A stretch of 64,000 bases of DNA from Patescibacteria group bacterium (GTDB lineage Bacteria; Patescibacteriota; Minisyncoccia; Phycocordibacterales; UBA9973). Position numbers and translations under genes: made by a program. Positions 55,624 to 64,000 of the stretch are shown here, piece after piece. Under the pieces are notes generated by a model. That model searched no databases. It was not told where the DNA came from and saw nothing but the letters and a program-made list of their open reading frames with translations. Position 1 is the stretch's first letter, and each line of letters opens with the position of its first letter. The stretch is from the NCBI GenBank assembly GCA_038063635.1, contig JBBTUS010000006.1:13500-77499 (forward strand), in the 5' to 3' direction.

Positions 55624-56796
55624 TTATACTAAAAAACGATTGATAAAAATAGATTCAATGGTAATAAATGAATCGTGTTTCACGTCTTTTTTATATTCTG
55701 CGATACCGTGAAGCATTTGGGTGCTTAAGTATATAACTCTGAATTTTGATTCAGAAAAAGCATATTGATTAAATTGTTCATTTACGATTGTTTCTGAAAA
55801 GAATTCTGCCAATTCTTCGTCAATAGTCATGAAAATAGTGGAAGGAACAAAAAGGTTATTCGACAAAAAAACAAAAGATTCTTGAAATTTATCAAGCCAA
55901 TTTGATTTTAACTTCTCAATAATCGGTTTTAATTTATTTTCCACAGCAACTGATGCATGATTATCTTTATAAAGAGAAATGTAAGATTTTGCCTCATCTA
56001 GTGAACATTTTAAACTAGACGACAATCCTCGCACAATATAGTTGTATCCGATTGGAAAAGAAGCGGATGAACTTAATGCATCTTTTTTAACTAAAGAAAT
56101 TTCTGTAATTTCTCCACCGATATCAATTAAAGCAAAATTATCTTGGTGTATAAACATATCACGAGCAACAGTAAAAGATGCTAAAGCAAAAGAAGAAAAC
56201 TTGACATTTTTCTGATGAAAATGTTTGTCTACAACATTTTCTATCCTACTTAATACTTCTTTTGGGCTCATTGATATAAAAATAGCCATCTCTACCTCTC
56301 TTGTTTTTTGATTTAAAGGCTTATTTGTTATATAACCATTCAACATAGTCCTCATATTTTTAAGTTCTATTAAACAAACTTTATTTTTACTTGGTGAATT
56401 TTTAAGATATTCTTCTTTAAAAAGAAAGCTTTCTTTTTGGATTAATTCATTGGCAAGTTTTGAAGTAAAAATAAAAGAAATATTCTTTTTAAGAGAAATA
56501 ATCCTAACTTGAGAAGAATACCAAGGTGAGGAAAGCACGCAGAAAAACTTAGTTGGAGCGCCTAAACCTTTAGCGCTTATTTTCCTTATTACTATTTCAA
56601 GTGTTTTTATGGTTGAAGACAATAATTCATCAAAATCAATTTTTTCTTTAAGTTCTATAGATTCACGAACAGATAAAATTATTTTAGGAGTTCCTAGTTT
56701 TTGCATTTCAAAAAGAGCGCCTCCGATAGAAGAAGACCCAATATCAAAAACCAATGCTAATTCTTTTTTATCTTTTAACTCAAAAAAAATTCCCAT
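55624..56796 (-). CDS. FtsA-like actin-fold protein
   Basis: Phosphate-1-like FDIGSSSIG and phosphate-2-like IDIGGEITEI; 'FPIG','EA' helix. Confidence 0.65.
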   Translation of the reverse strand: MGIFFELKDKKELALVFDIGSSSIGGALFEMQKLGTPKIILSVRESIELKEKIDFDELLSSTIKTLEIVIRKISAKGLGAPTKFFCVLSSPWYSSQVRIISLKKNISFIFTSKLANELIQKESFLFKEEYLKNSPSKNKVCLIELKNMRTMLNGYITNKPLNQKTREVEMAIFISMSPKEVLSRIENVVDKHFHQKNVKFSSFALASFTVARDMFIHQDNFALIDIGGEITEISLVKKDALSSSASFPIGYNYIVRGLSSSLKCSLDEAKSYISLYKDNHASVAVENKLKPIIEKLKSNWLDKFQESFVFLSNNLFVPSTIFMTIDEELAEFFSETIVNEQFNQYAFSESKFRVIYLSTQMLHGIAEYKKDVKHDSFITIESIFINRFLV

Positions 56797-56814
56797 GGAT
56801 ATTATTGTATTATA

Positions 56815-58479
56815 TCACAAAAGTACGGCTTTGATACGCCTGACACCTGCTGATATAGCTTCCTCTTTTTGAATTTTAAAATGCTTGGGTGCCTCTTTAT
56901 CGGTGCCAGCCAATTCGGAAATATTTTTCACATGTGGTCCCCCGCAAAATTCCCTGCTAAAGTATCCTGTATTTTTATCTCCTATAGAATAAACCTTTAC
57001 AATATCACCATACTTTTCATTGAAAGAATGCGTCGCAATTTTTTCTGCTTCTTCTTTTGGCATTTCTACAAAACCAACGGGCAATTTTTCGTTAATTTTA
57101 TCATTTACAATTTTCTCAACCATCTTTTTTTCTTCTTCAGTCATTTTTTGCGTATGAGTAAAATCAAAACGCAAGCGTTCAGCTGTAATATTGCTTCCCT
57201 TTTGCATAATATGATTGCCAAGAACTTGCCGAAGAGCGGCATTTAATAAATGCGTTGCCGTATGTAACTTTTTAGTTTCTTCACTACTATCTGATAAACC
57301 TCCTTTGAACATGCCGGCGGAAGATGTCTGTGATAGTTTTTGGTGTTCTGCCATTTTCTTTTTAAAATCTTCTAAATCTATTTCTATACCTTTTTGCTCC
57401 GCTAATTCAAGAGTTAATTCAATCGGGAAACCATAAGTCGTAAATAAAACAAATGGATCTGCGTTTTTTTCAAATTCTTTTAAACCATGTTCAAGTGTCT
57501 GACGAAATTTATTTTCTTCTTTTTGAATTTCTCCCTTGTCTTGAAGATTGTATATTTCTTGATATATTTTCTTATTTCTTTCAATTATTTCTTCTAATGA
57601 TTTTTTGGAAAATCTGACTGCTCGACGAATTAATCGTCTGGGAATATATCCTGCTCCAGTGTTTGAAGGAACTACGCCATCTGAAATAATAAAAAGAGAT
57701 GCTCTTGTATGGTCAGTTACAATTCTTTCTTCTCTTGTTTTTTCATTATTAAATAAATCCGTCTCATAAACACTTTCTTTTTCTTGCACTATAGAAACTA
57801 ATCTTTCTAATCCCATTCCAGTATCAATACCCAGTGTGTCTAATTTTTTAAGAGTTGCTTCGCCTTTATCCAATTTTTCACGAGAACCATCGCAAAAATA
57901 TTCGTTAAAAACAATATTCCAAATTTCCACATCTTCATTATTTACATTCTTGCAATAAATTTCTGTCGTTGGACCGCATGGGCCAGAATCTCCAGTCGGA
58001 CCCCAAAAAACATCTTCTCCTTCTTCTTTTATTTTTTCAATTCCGAGTTCTTTCCAAATTTTTTCTGATTCTTCGTCTTTTGGAACATTTTTACTTCTCT
58101 TGTAAATTGTAACATAAGAAATTTTCAATCCCATTTCTTTTGTAATAAATTCATAAGCATATTCTATCGCTTTTTTTCTTCCATATCCGCCAAAAGAAAA
58201 ATTACCTAACATTTCAAAGAATGTCAGGTGGGTAGAATCTCCAACTTCGTCTATGTCTCCGGTACGCACGCATTTTTGAACAGTAACTACATTCAAACCG
58301 CCAAAATCTTTTTCCGCTTCTTTGGGATTGGTATAATATTTTTTAAATTGTTGCATTCCAGCAGTTGTAAAAAGCACCGATTTATCATTTTCTGGAACAA
58401 GAGAAGAAGAAGGGATTATTTTATGCCCTCTTTCTTCAAAGAATTTTAAAAATCTTAATCTTACTTCGCTTGCTTGCAT
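56815..58479 (-). CDS. alaS: Alanine--tRNA ligase (minimal, no C-Ala domain)
   Basis: LFTTAGMQ, HLTFFEMLGNFSFG, GPCGP, DTGMGLER, HTATH, EFCGGPH, GVRRIKA at the very C-terminus. Confidence 0.95.
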   Translation of the reverse strand: MQASEVRLRFLKFFEERGHKIIPSSSLVPENDKSVLFTTAGMQQFKKYYTNPKEAEKDFGGLNVVTVQKCVRTGDIDEVGDSTHLTFFEMLGNFSFGGYGRKKAIEYAYEFITKEMGLKISYVTIYKRSKNVPKDEESEKIWKELGIEKIKEEGEDVFWGPTGDSGPCGPTTEIYCKNVNNEDVEIWNIVFNEYFCDGSREKLDKGEATLKKLDTLGIDTGMGLERLVSIVQEKESVYETDLFNNEKTREERIVTDHTRASLFIISDGVVPSNTGAGYIPRRLIRRAVRFSKKSLEEIIERNKKIYQEIYNLQDKGEIQKEENKFRQTLEHGLKEFEKNADPFVLFTTYGFPIELTLELAEQKGIEIDLEDFKKKMAEHQKLSQTSSAGMFKGGLSDSSEETKKLHTATHLLNAALRQVLGNHIMQKGSNITAERLRFDFTHTQKMTEEEKKMVEKIVNDKINEKLPVGFVEMPKEEAEKIATHSFNEKYGDIVKVYSIGDKNTGYFSREFCGGPHVKNISELAGTDKEAPKHFKIQKEEAISAGVRRIKAVLL

Positions 58480-58480
58480 A

Positions 58481-58963
58481 TCATATTTCTATTTTATCGG
58501 AATCATTAAGTTTATCGTTAGATATTTTCAGTAACGGTCTTTCAATTAAATTCATCACAACAAGGATTATCAAAACAAGAACAGTTGAAATAATAGCAAG
58601 ACTAAAAAGTCCGAATCCTGCCGCCATACCAATACCTGCCGTAACCCAAAGCCCGCCGGCTGTCGTAAGTCCTTTTAAGCGAGTACCTGAAAAAATTATA
58701 GAACCTGCTCCTAAAAATCCAATACCAACAATTATATTTGATGCCATTATTCCGGGATTATAACCGGCTTTTTCCGCGTATAGCACCGACAAATATTCAG
58801 AAATAATAATAAAAAGAGCTGAACCTAAAGAAACGAGAGAGTGAGTTTTCAAACCAGCCTCTTTGTGCACTAAAAAACGCTCAGCCCCAATAATCATACC
58901 CAAACCTATTGCTACCGCTAATCTTAAAATAATTTGACTATTTTGCGTAAAAAATTGTTCCAT
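58481..58963 (-). CDS. MgtC/SapB family membrane protein
   Basis: IGAER...K.AGLKTH, GIGFLGAG.I, GLTTA. Confidence 0.92.
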   Translation of the reverse strand: MEQFFTQNSQIILRLAVAIGLGMIIGAERFLVHKEAGLKTHSLVSLGSALFIIISEYLSVLYAEKAGYNPGIMASNIIVGIGFLGAGSIIFSGTRLKGLTTAGGLWVTAGIGMAAGFGLFSLAIISTVLVLIILVVMNLIERPLLKISNDKLNDSDKIEI

Positions 58964-59014
58964 ATCTGTATATTATATCAAAAAATGAGGAGTACAAGCA
59001 AATTTAGATATTAG

Positions 59015-60268
59015 TTATTTTATAACTCCCCCTCCTAAAACAACATTTTTATCATATATAACGCAAGACTGTCCTTTATCAACTAAAACAGGCTTATTAA
59101 AGCTGACTTTCGCGCTTTTTTTATTTATTATCTTAATTTTACATGGCAAAAATTCACCATGATAACGAATTTGCGCTTGGTAATTCTTGCCGTTTTTTGG
59201 AATTTCAGACCTGTTCCTGAATTGGCGGGCAGGAATCCAATTTGTATTCTTTATTTCTAAATGGAAACCTGAAAAATTTAAAGCGTCGCGGGTTCCCTGT
59301 TCTATGTCTCCGAGGACGAAGACGCTGGAATTTTTTAGATTTTCATTTTTAAAATTTTTATCTTGAGAAACTATTAAAATATTTTTCTTAATATTTTTAT
59401 CTATTATGTAATATGGGCCGTCATTCGGACTTTTTTGGGTAATCGTAAAACCATGCCGTTCTCCCAAGGTATAAAAAACCACTCCATTGTGATAACCTAT
59501 TTCTTCCCTTTTTTCATTAAGCGTTTTCCCTTTTTTTTCTTTTATATAATGTCTTAAAAATTCCTTTAAATCTACCGCGCCTAAAAAACATATTCCTTGA
59601 CTGTCTTTTTTTTCTGCAACCGGCAAATTGAATTTTTTTGCCAGTTTGCGAACTTCTGTTTTTTTGAGATGGCCTATTGGAAACAAAATTTTCTTCAATT
59701 GTTCTTGCTTTAATGTCCAAAGAAAATAACTTTGATCTTTGGATGGATCTAGTCCAACTTTTAGCTCATAGCTTTTAGCTTTTAGCTTGTGATTTCCTCT
59801 ATCAGCTATCAGCCATAAGCTATCAGCTATTCTGGCATAGTGTCCCGTTGCCACAAAATCAGCTCCCATTGAAATCGCTTCTTTAAAAAATGCGCCAAAT
59901 TTTACTTCCTTATTGCACATCACATCAGGGTTTGGCGTCCTGCCGGCTCTATATTCAGAAATCATATAATCTGCAACCTCTTTTTTATACACATCTTCAA
60001 AATCAAAAGTTAAAAATGGAATATCTAAAAAGGCGGCAACACGCATTGCGTCATGACGCTCTTCTTCTTCATTGCACTCTAAAAAATCCGGATGCCAAGT
60101 TTTAATAAAAACTCCAACAACTTCATATCCACTAAACCCCTTCGGGGTCGGGCGACCAAAAAATTTTAAAAAATTTTTTGGTGTAGCCTGTTTTAAAAGT
60201 GCTGCCGAAACAGCGCTATCTACTCCTCCCGAAAGTCCTACAAAAACTGTTTTTTTATTACTTTTCAT
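59015..60268 (-). CDS. mnmA: tRNA 2-thiouridylase with several repeat-derived insertions
   Basis: SGGVDS, TPNPDVMCN, ATGHY, KDQSYFL, DSQGICF, GQS.VIY; start at ATG 60268 preferred. Confidence 0.95.
   Translation of the reverse strand: MKSNKKTVFVGLSGGVDSAVSAALLKQATPKNFLKFFGRPTPKGFSGYEVVGVFIKTWHPDFLECNEEEERHDAMRVAAFLDIPFLTFDFEDVYKKEVADYMISEYRAGRTPNPDVMCNKEVKFGAFFKEAISMGADFVATGHYARIADSLWLIADRGNHKLKAKSYELKVGLDPSKDQSYFLWTLKQEQLKKILFPIGHLKKTEVRKLAKKFNLPVAEKKDSQGICFLGAVDLKEFLRHYIKEKKGKTLNEKREEIGYHNGVVFYTLGERHGFTITQKSPNDGPYYIIDKNIKKNILIVSQDKNFKNENLKNSSVFVLGDIEQGTRDALNFSGFHLEIKNTNWIPARQFRNRSEIPKNGKNYQAQIRYHGEFLPCKIKIINKKSAKVSFNKPVLVDKGQSCVIYDKNVVLGGGVIK
59272..59337. repeat. Structured repeat family S, copy 3 (in-frame inside mnmA)
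   Basis: AAAAATTTAAAGCGTCGCGGGTTCCCTGTTCTATGTCTCCGAGGACGAAGACGCTGGAATTTTTT; encodes KNSSVFVLGDIEQGTRDALNF. Confidence 0.85.
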
Positions 60269-60370
60269 AGAATTAAAATGTCTTTTAAAAAGCATTGCGC
60301 AGGCTGACGAGCCGAGCATAGCAATCCGCCAGCAGGCGGATATGCGCGGTTTTTAAAAGATATTTTGATT

Positions 60371-60898
60371 CTATAAGGACATCAGCTTTTTGTAAAGCTC
60401 AAAAGTTGCGTAAGCGTCCGAAAGAGCGCTGTGGGGATGTTCGTTTTTTATATCAAAATGCTTGCATAATTCACGCAGAGAAAAACGGTCAATATCCGGA
60501 TTGTCATGAAATTTAGCCCAAGCTATGGAAATCGTATCCAGCTTGTGATAATGCATATTATTTTTAAATTCAGCTTTGGCAAAAGCATATTCCAAAAATC
60601 CTGAATCAAAAGACACATTTTGCCCAATCATTATACAATCTTTGACTTTTTTAGAAAAAATTTTCATTGCATTTCTGAGCGTATAAGCAAGCACCCAGTT
60701 TACTGAATCATAATGATTAATTTTAAGAGCCACCGGGTCAGCATTTTCTATATGTTCTGGTTTTATTTTTAATTCAAATTTTTCAATTATTTCAAGTTTT
60801 GGTGTGGTTATTACACAACCAATTTCAATAATCTCATGTTTTGTGATATCAAGTCCGGTAGTTTCTATATCTATAAAAGCTAAATTATGTTTTCTCAT
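60371..60898 (-). CDS. DEDDh 3'-5' exonuclease (DnaQ-like)
   Basis: DIETTG, EIIEIG, N.SFD, H.ALSDA. Confidence 0.92.
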   Translation of the reverse strand: MRKHNLAFIDIETTGLDITKHEIIEIGCVITTPKLEIIEKFELKIKPEHIENADPVALKINHYDSVNWVLAYTLRNAMKIFSKKVKDCIMIGQNVSFDSGFLEYAFAKAEFKNNMHYHKLDTISIAWAKFHDNPDIDRFSLRELCKHFDIKNEHPHSALSDAYATFELYKKLMSL

Positions 60899-60937
60899 GA
60901 TTAATTTTTAAGGAGTGAAACAACTATAAAAATCGTC

Positions 60938-61042
60938 ACCCCGCACATAACTCTACATTGTTCATAATTATTATAATAATTTCTTTTATTGATTTTAATA
61001 AACATATATTTTAAAAATTAAATATAAAGTTATGTGCGGGGT
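60938..61042. repeat. 105-bp MITE-like element with 15-bp terminal inverted repeats
   Basis: ACCCCGCACATAACT ... AGTTATGTGCGGGGT around a very AT-rich interior. Confidence 0.75.
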
Positions 61043-61065
61043 AAGGAAAATCATATTCGCTATGC

Positions 61066-62019
61066 TCATTGATTTTCACTTAAATACTTTCTTATGTTCG
61101 TCTGATGCTCTGCAAAAGTCCTGGCATAATGAATTAATCCATTTTTATCATGCAAGTAATAAAGGTATTGGGAACTGATTGGATTTATTGATGCTTTTAT
61201 AGCTTCAATTCCAGGATTAGAAATTGGATTTTGAGGCAAGCCTCTTGTCTTGTAAGTTTCTGGCGCTGCATCCACCTGCAACGGCATTTTTTTAGAAATT
61301 CTATTCCATAAAATTCCTGAGATAATTCCCCTATCGTTGTCTCCCTTGGCTTCTCTTTCTATAATAGACGCCATTATTATAATCTCATTCTGATTTTTAC
61401 CCGATGATACAATATCACGCTCAAATGGTTTTATTTTTTTATTAAAATTATCGCTCATATATTTTATTACATCTTCATCATTATCGGTAGTAAGGAAAAA
61501 ATATGTATCCGGGAAAAGATACCCTTCCTTGTTTTTTACGAGCAATAAAAAATTATCTTTATTAAAGTTTTTTAATTTAAGAGAAAATGCTTCCGCTATT
61601 TGCAGTCTGTCAAAACCTTCCGGAATTGTAACTTTAACCGGCGCCAAGTGGCGATCTCTTTTTACCATTCTTCTGGCAACTTCAAAAACTGGTAATTTAT
61701 TTTCAAATAAATAATCACCTTCCCCTATATGATTTTCACCGCCATAAATTATGACAAAAGTTTCAAATAAGACTTTTGAACGAATAATGTGTTTTTCTTT
61801 TAAATCTTCTGAAATGCTTTTTAAGGTCGCTCCTTTTTCAATGTTAACAATAATTTGATTTGGGAAGGCATCCGGCGCGCTAAAAAATAAAAAATAAATA
61901 AACACAAAAAATAAAACAATACTAGCAACAATAATAATTGCTCCTTTAAAAAATAAATTATATTTAGAAGAATTATCCGTAAATTCAACTCTGTTTTTTG
62001 GTGAAGATAAATTTTCCAT
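61066..62019 (-). CDS. mltG: Endolytic transglycosylase MltG
   Basis: TM, VTIPEG, EGYLFPDTY, ASIIEREA, LQVDA, GLP..PISNPG, YLYY. Confidence 0.93.
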   Translation of the reverse strand: MENLSSPKNRVEFTDNSSKYNLFFKGAIIIVASIVLFFVFIYFLFFSAPDAFPNQIIVNIEKGATLKSISEDLKEKHIIRSKVLFETFVIIYGGENHIGEGDYLFENKLPVFEVARRMVKRDRHLAPVKVTIPEGFDRLQIAEAFSLKLKNFNKDNFLLLVKNKEGYLFPDTYFFLTTDNDEDVIKYMSDNFNKKIKPFERDIVSSGKNQNEIIIMASIIEREAKGDNDRGIISGILWNRISKKMPLQVDAAPETYKTRGLPQNPISNPGIEAIKASINPISSQYLYYLHDKNGLIHYARTFAEHQTNIRKYLSENQ

Positions 62020-62024
62020 ATATA

Positions 62025-63335
62025 TTAAGTAGGTAAGTCAGTCGGAGGAGCCGCTTCTTTTGATTCAATGCGTTCAAGAGTTGGAACTTTAAGTATCTGA
62101 CCCGGGAAGTGCCATAAGGTGGCTAATTCCTCTACATTTAAGACAAAAGTTTCAGAATGAACAAATGGATGAAGAAGAATGGAAAAAGGCCAAAAGATAG
62201 TATGCACACTAAAAAGACGATGCCGCAATGGTTCATGAAAAAAAGAACGTTCTCTGTATTCATGAAGCATTCTATTCGCCAAAATCATAACTGTTTTAGG
62301 CGTAGCCGAAAAATATCCGCTATAAGCGTCCGCCTGAGTTGAATTAAAACGCATAAGCTGATTGGAGAAAGGATTGGCATACTGGCGAAAAATCAAACGA
62401 AGATTGCGTCGGCTGTTCATTTGAAAAGCTTCTTTTTTAGCAACATAATAAATTCTAATTCCAGTATCAAAGCCAAGCTTAGAAAGTTTTCTACCAGATC
62501 CTTTAATCATTTCATCCATAAATCCTGGAGCACGAATTTCTTGAGAAAAGCTTCCACCCATCTTATCTCCTGTTGCTCTTGCACGTGAACCAGTATATGG
62601 CACTAATTTTTTCTTTAACTGTATTTGTCCCTCTTCCACCCAATTATGTTTGCCAAAATATGTGCTTTTAGTATGATATGTCTTTTTTGAAGGCGTAATT
62701 ACAATTTGCATCCACATCTGCTCTCCTTTTTGGATAGAACCAAAAAGTTCTATAACCGAAGAAATTGGGTCAACTTTAAATTCTTCTTTGGGGTCTTTAT
62801 CTAAACCAAAATCAACATAAGTTTTTAAAGAAAATACTTCAGGTTTTTCCAATTTAAATTCACATCCCCAGCCATTCCAGGCGCTGTCTGGAGAAATTTT
62901 ATCAATCGCCAAAGTGTAATCTTCCGCTACTTTTACTTGAGCTTGAGGATACTGCGCATACATTTGCGTTTCAATCAATTCTTTCAAACGAGAAGGTGCG
63001 CGCAGAAAAAAATGCACTTGTCCGTCTATTGAGGCAATTTCCAAAGAAAACCAAAACCAAACCGCTCCCTGCCAATATTCTTCACGTCCGCCTTTCATAC
63101 TCCACTGATAAAGAGCATTGGTTAAAAATAATTCCATTGCTTTTGGAGACCTTAAAACATCTCGCGGTGGAATAATTTCAAGTAAAACCCACTCTATGCC
63201 GGAAATAAAATCCTGCTGGATATAGTGAATCCAAAGTTTCCAACCAATATACACAAGAAACACCGTCGCGAGATAAGGCAAAAGAAATAGAATTACTTCC
63301 CAAAAATAGACAAGTATTATATTAACATTAATCAT
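62025..63335 (-). CDS. Conserved CPR membrane-anchored hypothetical protein (resembles the N-terminal partner domain of TrwB/VirB4-like ATPases)
   Basis: TM; LLEI.PP....SPKAME; FSLEIAS..G...F; YAQYP; ELATLWHFP; ends AAPPTDLP. Confidence 0.65.
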   Translation of the reverse strand: MINVNIILVYFWEVILFLLPYLATVFLVYIGWKLWIHYIQQDFISGIEWVLLEIIPPRDVLRSPKAMELFLTNALYQWSMKGGREEYWQGAVWFWFSLEIASIDGQVHFFLRAPSRLKELIETQMYAQYPQAQVKVAEDYTLAIDKISPDSAWNGWGCEFKLEKPEVFSLKTYVDFGLDKDPKEEFKVDPISSVIELFGSIQKGEQMWMQIVITPSKKTYHTKSTYFGKHNWVEEGQIQLKKKLVPYTGSRARATGDKMGGSFSQEIRAPGFMDEMIKGSGRKLSKLGFDTGIRIYYVAKKEAFQMNSRRNLRLIFRQYANPFSNQLMRFNSTQADAYSGYFSATPKTVMILANRMLHEYRERSFFHEPLRHRLFSVHTIFWPFSILLHPFVHSETFVLNVEELATLWHFPGQILKVPTLERIESKEAAPPTDLPT

Positions 63336-63388
63336 TATCTATATTTTAATATAAAAACCTTAAAATAAGAAGCAATTTTGTGGAAAGA

Positions 63389-64000
63389 TTAAACTAGAGT
63401 GTAAAGCCCGTCTTTATTTTTTTTGAAATATTTTGAATTAGCTAGATTCACTAAAATAGTATTTTTTTTAAAATATCTCTCTTTCATTACTTTTTCCGCC
63501 ACTTGTTCTTTGGTAAGCGGTCCTTCTCTTTTTAAAATATCCCGAATTACCTCTCGCGCAATGCCCGCTTTATACCCCCATTCAGAGAGAGCATACATTC
63601 CGCGTCCGACTAAAACAAAACGAGGGTCTTTAATAAGTTCATTATGGCAAGTTGCATAATGTATTTTCTTGCCAAAAATTTTCGTTATTGCATCAGCCAC
63701 TTCTCTAAAATGCATCGGGGAACCATGGCGTCTCATAACCAAAAATGCATAATCTTTAACTCCGCGTGTTCTAATATTGGGTGAAGTTGATTTTCCCCAC
63801 TCTCCAAGAGGATTCTTAGAAATTGTCTTGGACATAGCTAGCCATCTTTTTGCAATTTCTTCATTCTTATATTGCTCGGAAACATCTTTCATTTCATTAA
63901 AAAACTTTTTTATCATTTCTGCTTCTAAAATAATATCTTCATCATTTAAGCTTGAATAAAGTTTTTTTAGAGAGTCATGAACACGAGATGCCATTTCATC
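63389..64000 (-). CDS. Multi-HTH DNA-binding protein (HARE-HTH/RNAP-delta-like C-terminus), 5'-truncated by window edge
   Basis: G.PMHFREVA..I...TCHNELIKD.RFVLVGRG.YAL.EWGY..G. Confidence 0.7.
   Translation of the reverse strand, partial: DEMASRVHDSLKKLYSSLNDEDIILEAEMIKKFFNEMKDVSEQYKNEEIAKRWLAMSKTISKNPLGEWGKSTSPNIRTRGVKDYAFLVMRRHGSPMHFREVADAITKIFGKKIHYATCHNELIKDPRFVLVGRGMYALSEWGYKAGIAREVIRDILKREGPLTKEQVAEKVMKERYFKKNTILVNLANSKYFKKNKDGLYTLV

Noticed and set aside
60125-60190. ATPKNFLKFFGRPTPKGFSG segment of MnmA as a recent palindrome insertion
   Set aside because: A short hairpin (ACCCC-TTC-GGGGT) exists, but I recall similar segments in other Parcubacteria MnmA proteins, so it may be an old lineage feature; undecidable without an alignment.
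1-64000. Alternative genetic code (TGA=Gly as in Gracilibacteria/Absconditabacteria)
   Set aside because: Conserved genes are full length under code 11, and TGA serves as a stop (e.g. 6235-6237).

Overview
AT-rich chromosomal segment of a Patescibacteria (CPR) bacterium, most likely Parcubacteria/OD1. This is inferred from the streamlined housekeeping genes, the CPR-typical hypothetical families, the presence of rplI and the standard genetic code. The backbone carries replication/repair genes (dnaX, dnaB, recR, scpAB), cell-wall genes (PBP2, murG, SEDS, mraY, DacA-like, mltG, M23), five aminoacyl-tRNA synthetases, the infA-rpmJ-rpsM-rpsK-rpsD-rpoA-rplQ-rplM-rpsI cluster, tRNA-Gln(TTG), and metK under a SAM-I riboswitch. 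Four less ordinary things stand out. (1) grpE/dnaK/dnaJ are interleaved with three ~570-aa paralogous Cys-rich proteins, two FtsK/HerA-superfamily (VirB4/TrwB-like) ATPases, a small membrane protein, an unannotated 34-aa cationic ORF and a divergent PaaX-like regulator. (2) Several families of short GC-rich palindromic or structured repeats lie intergenically and also in-frame inside essential genes (rpsI, recR, gltX, mnmA, pepA, scpA), and one sits inside the riboswitch aptamer; an intact REP-associated tyrosine transposase with its own REPs is present. (3) An accessory stretch beside the tRNA carries a two-gene Fic antitoxin/toxin module bracketed by a partial doxX duplication and 45-bp direct repeats. 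(4) Many genes show leaderless-type promoter architecture. No CRISPR array, rRNA, integrase or reverse transcriptase was seen. All calls are by eye from motifs; no database search was run.
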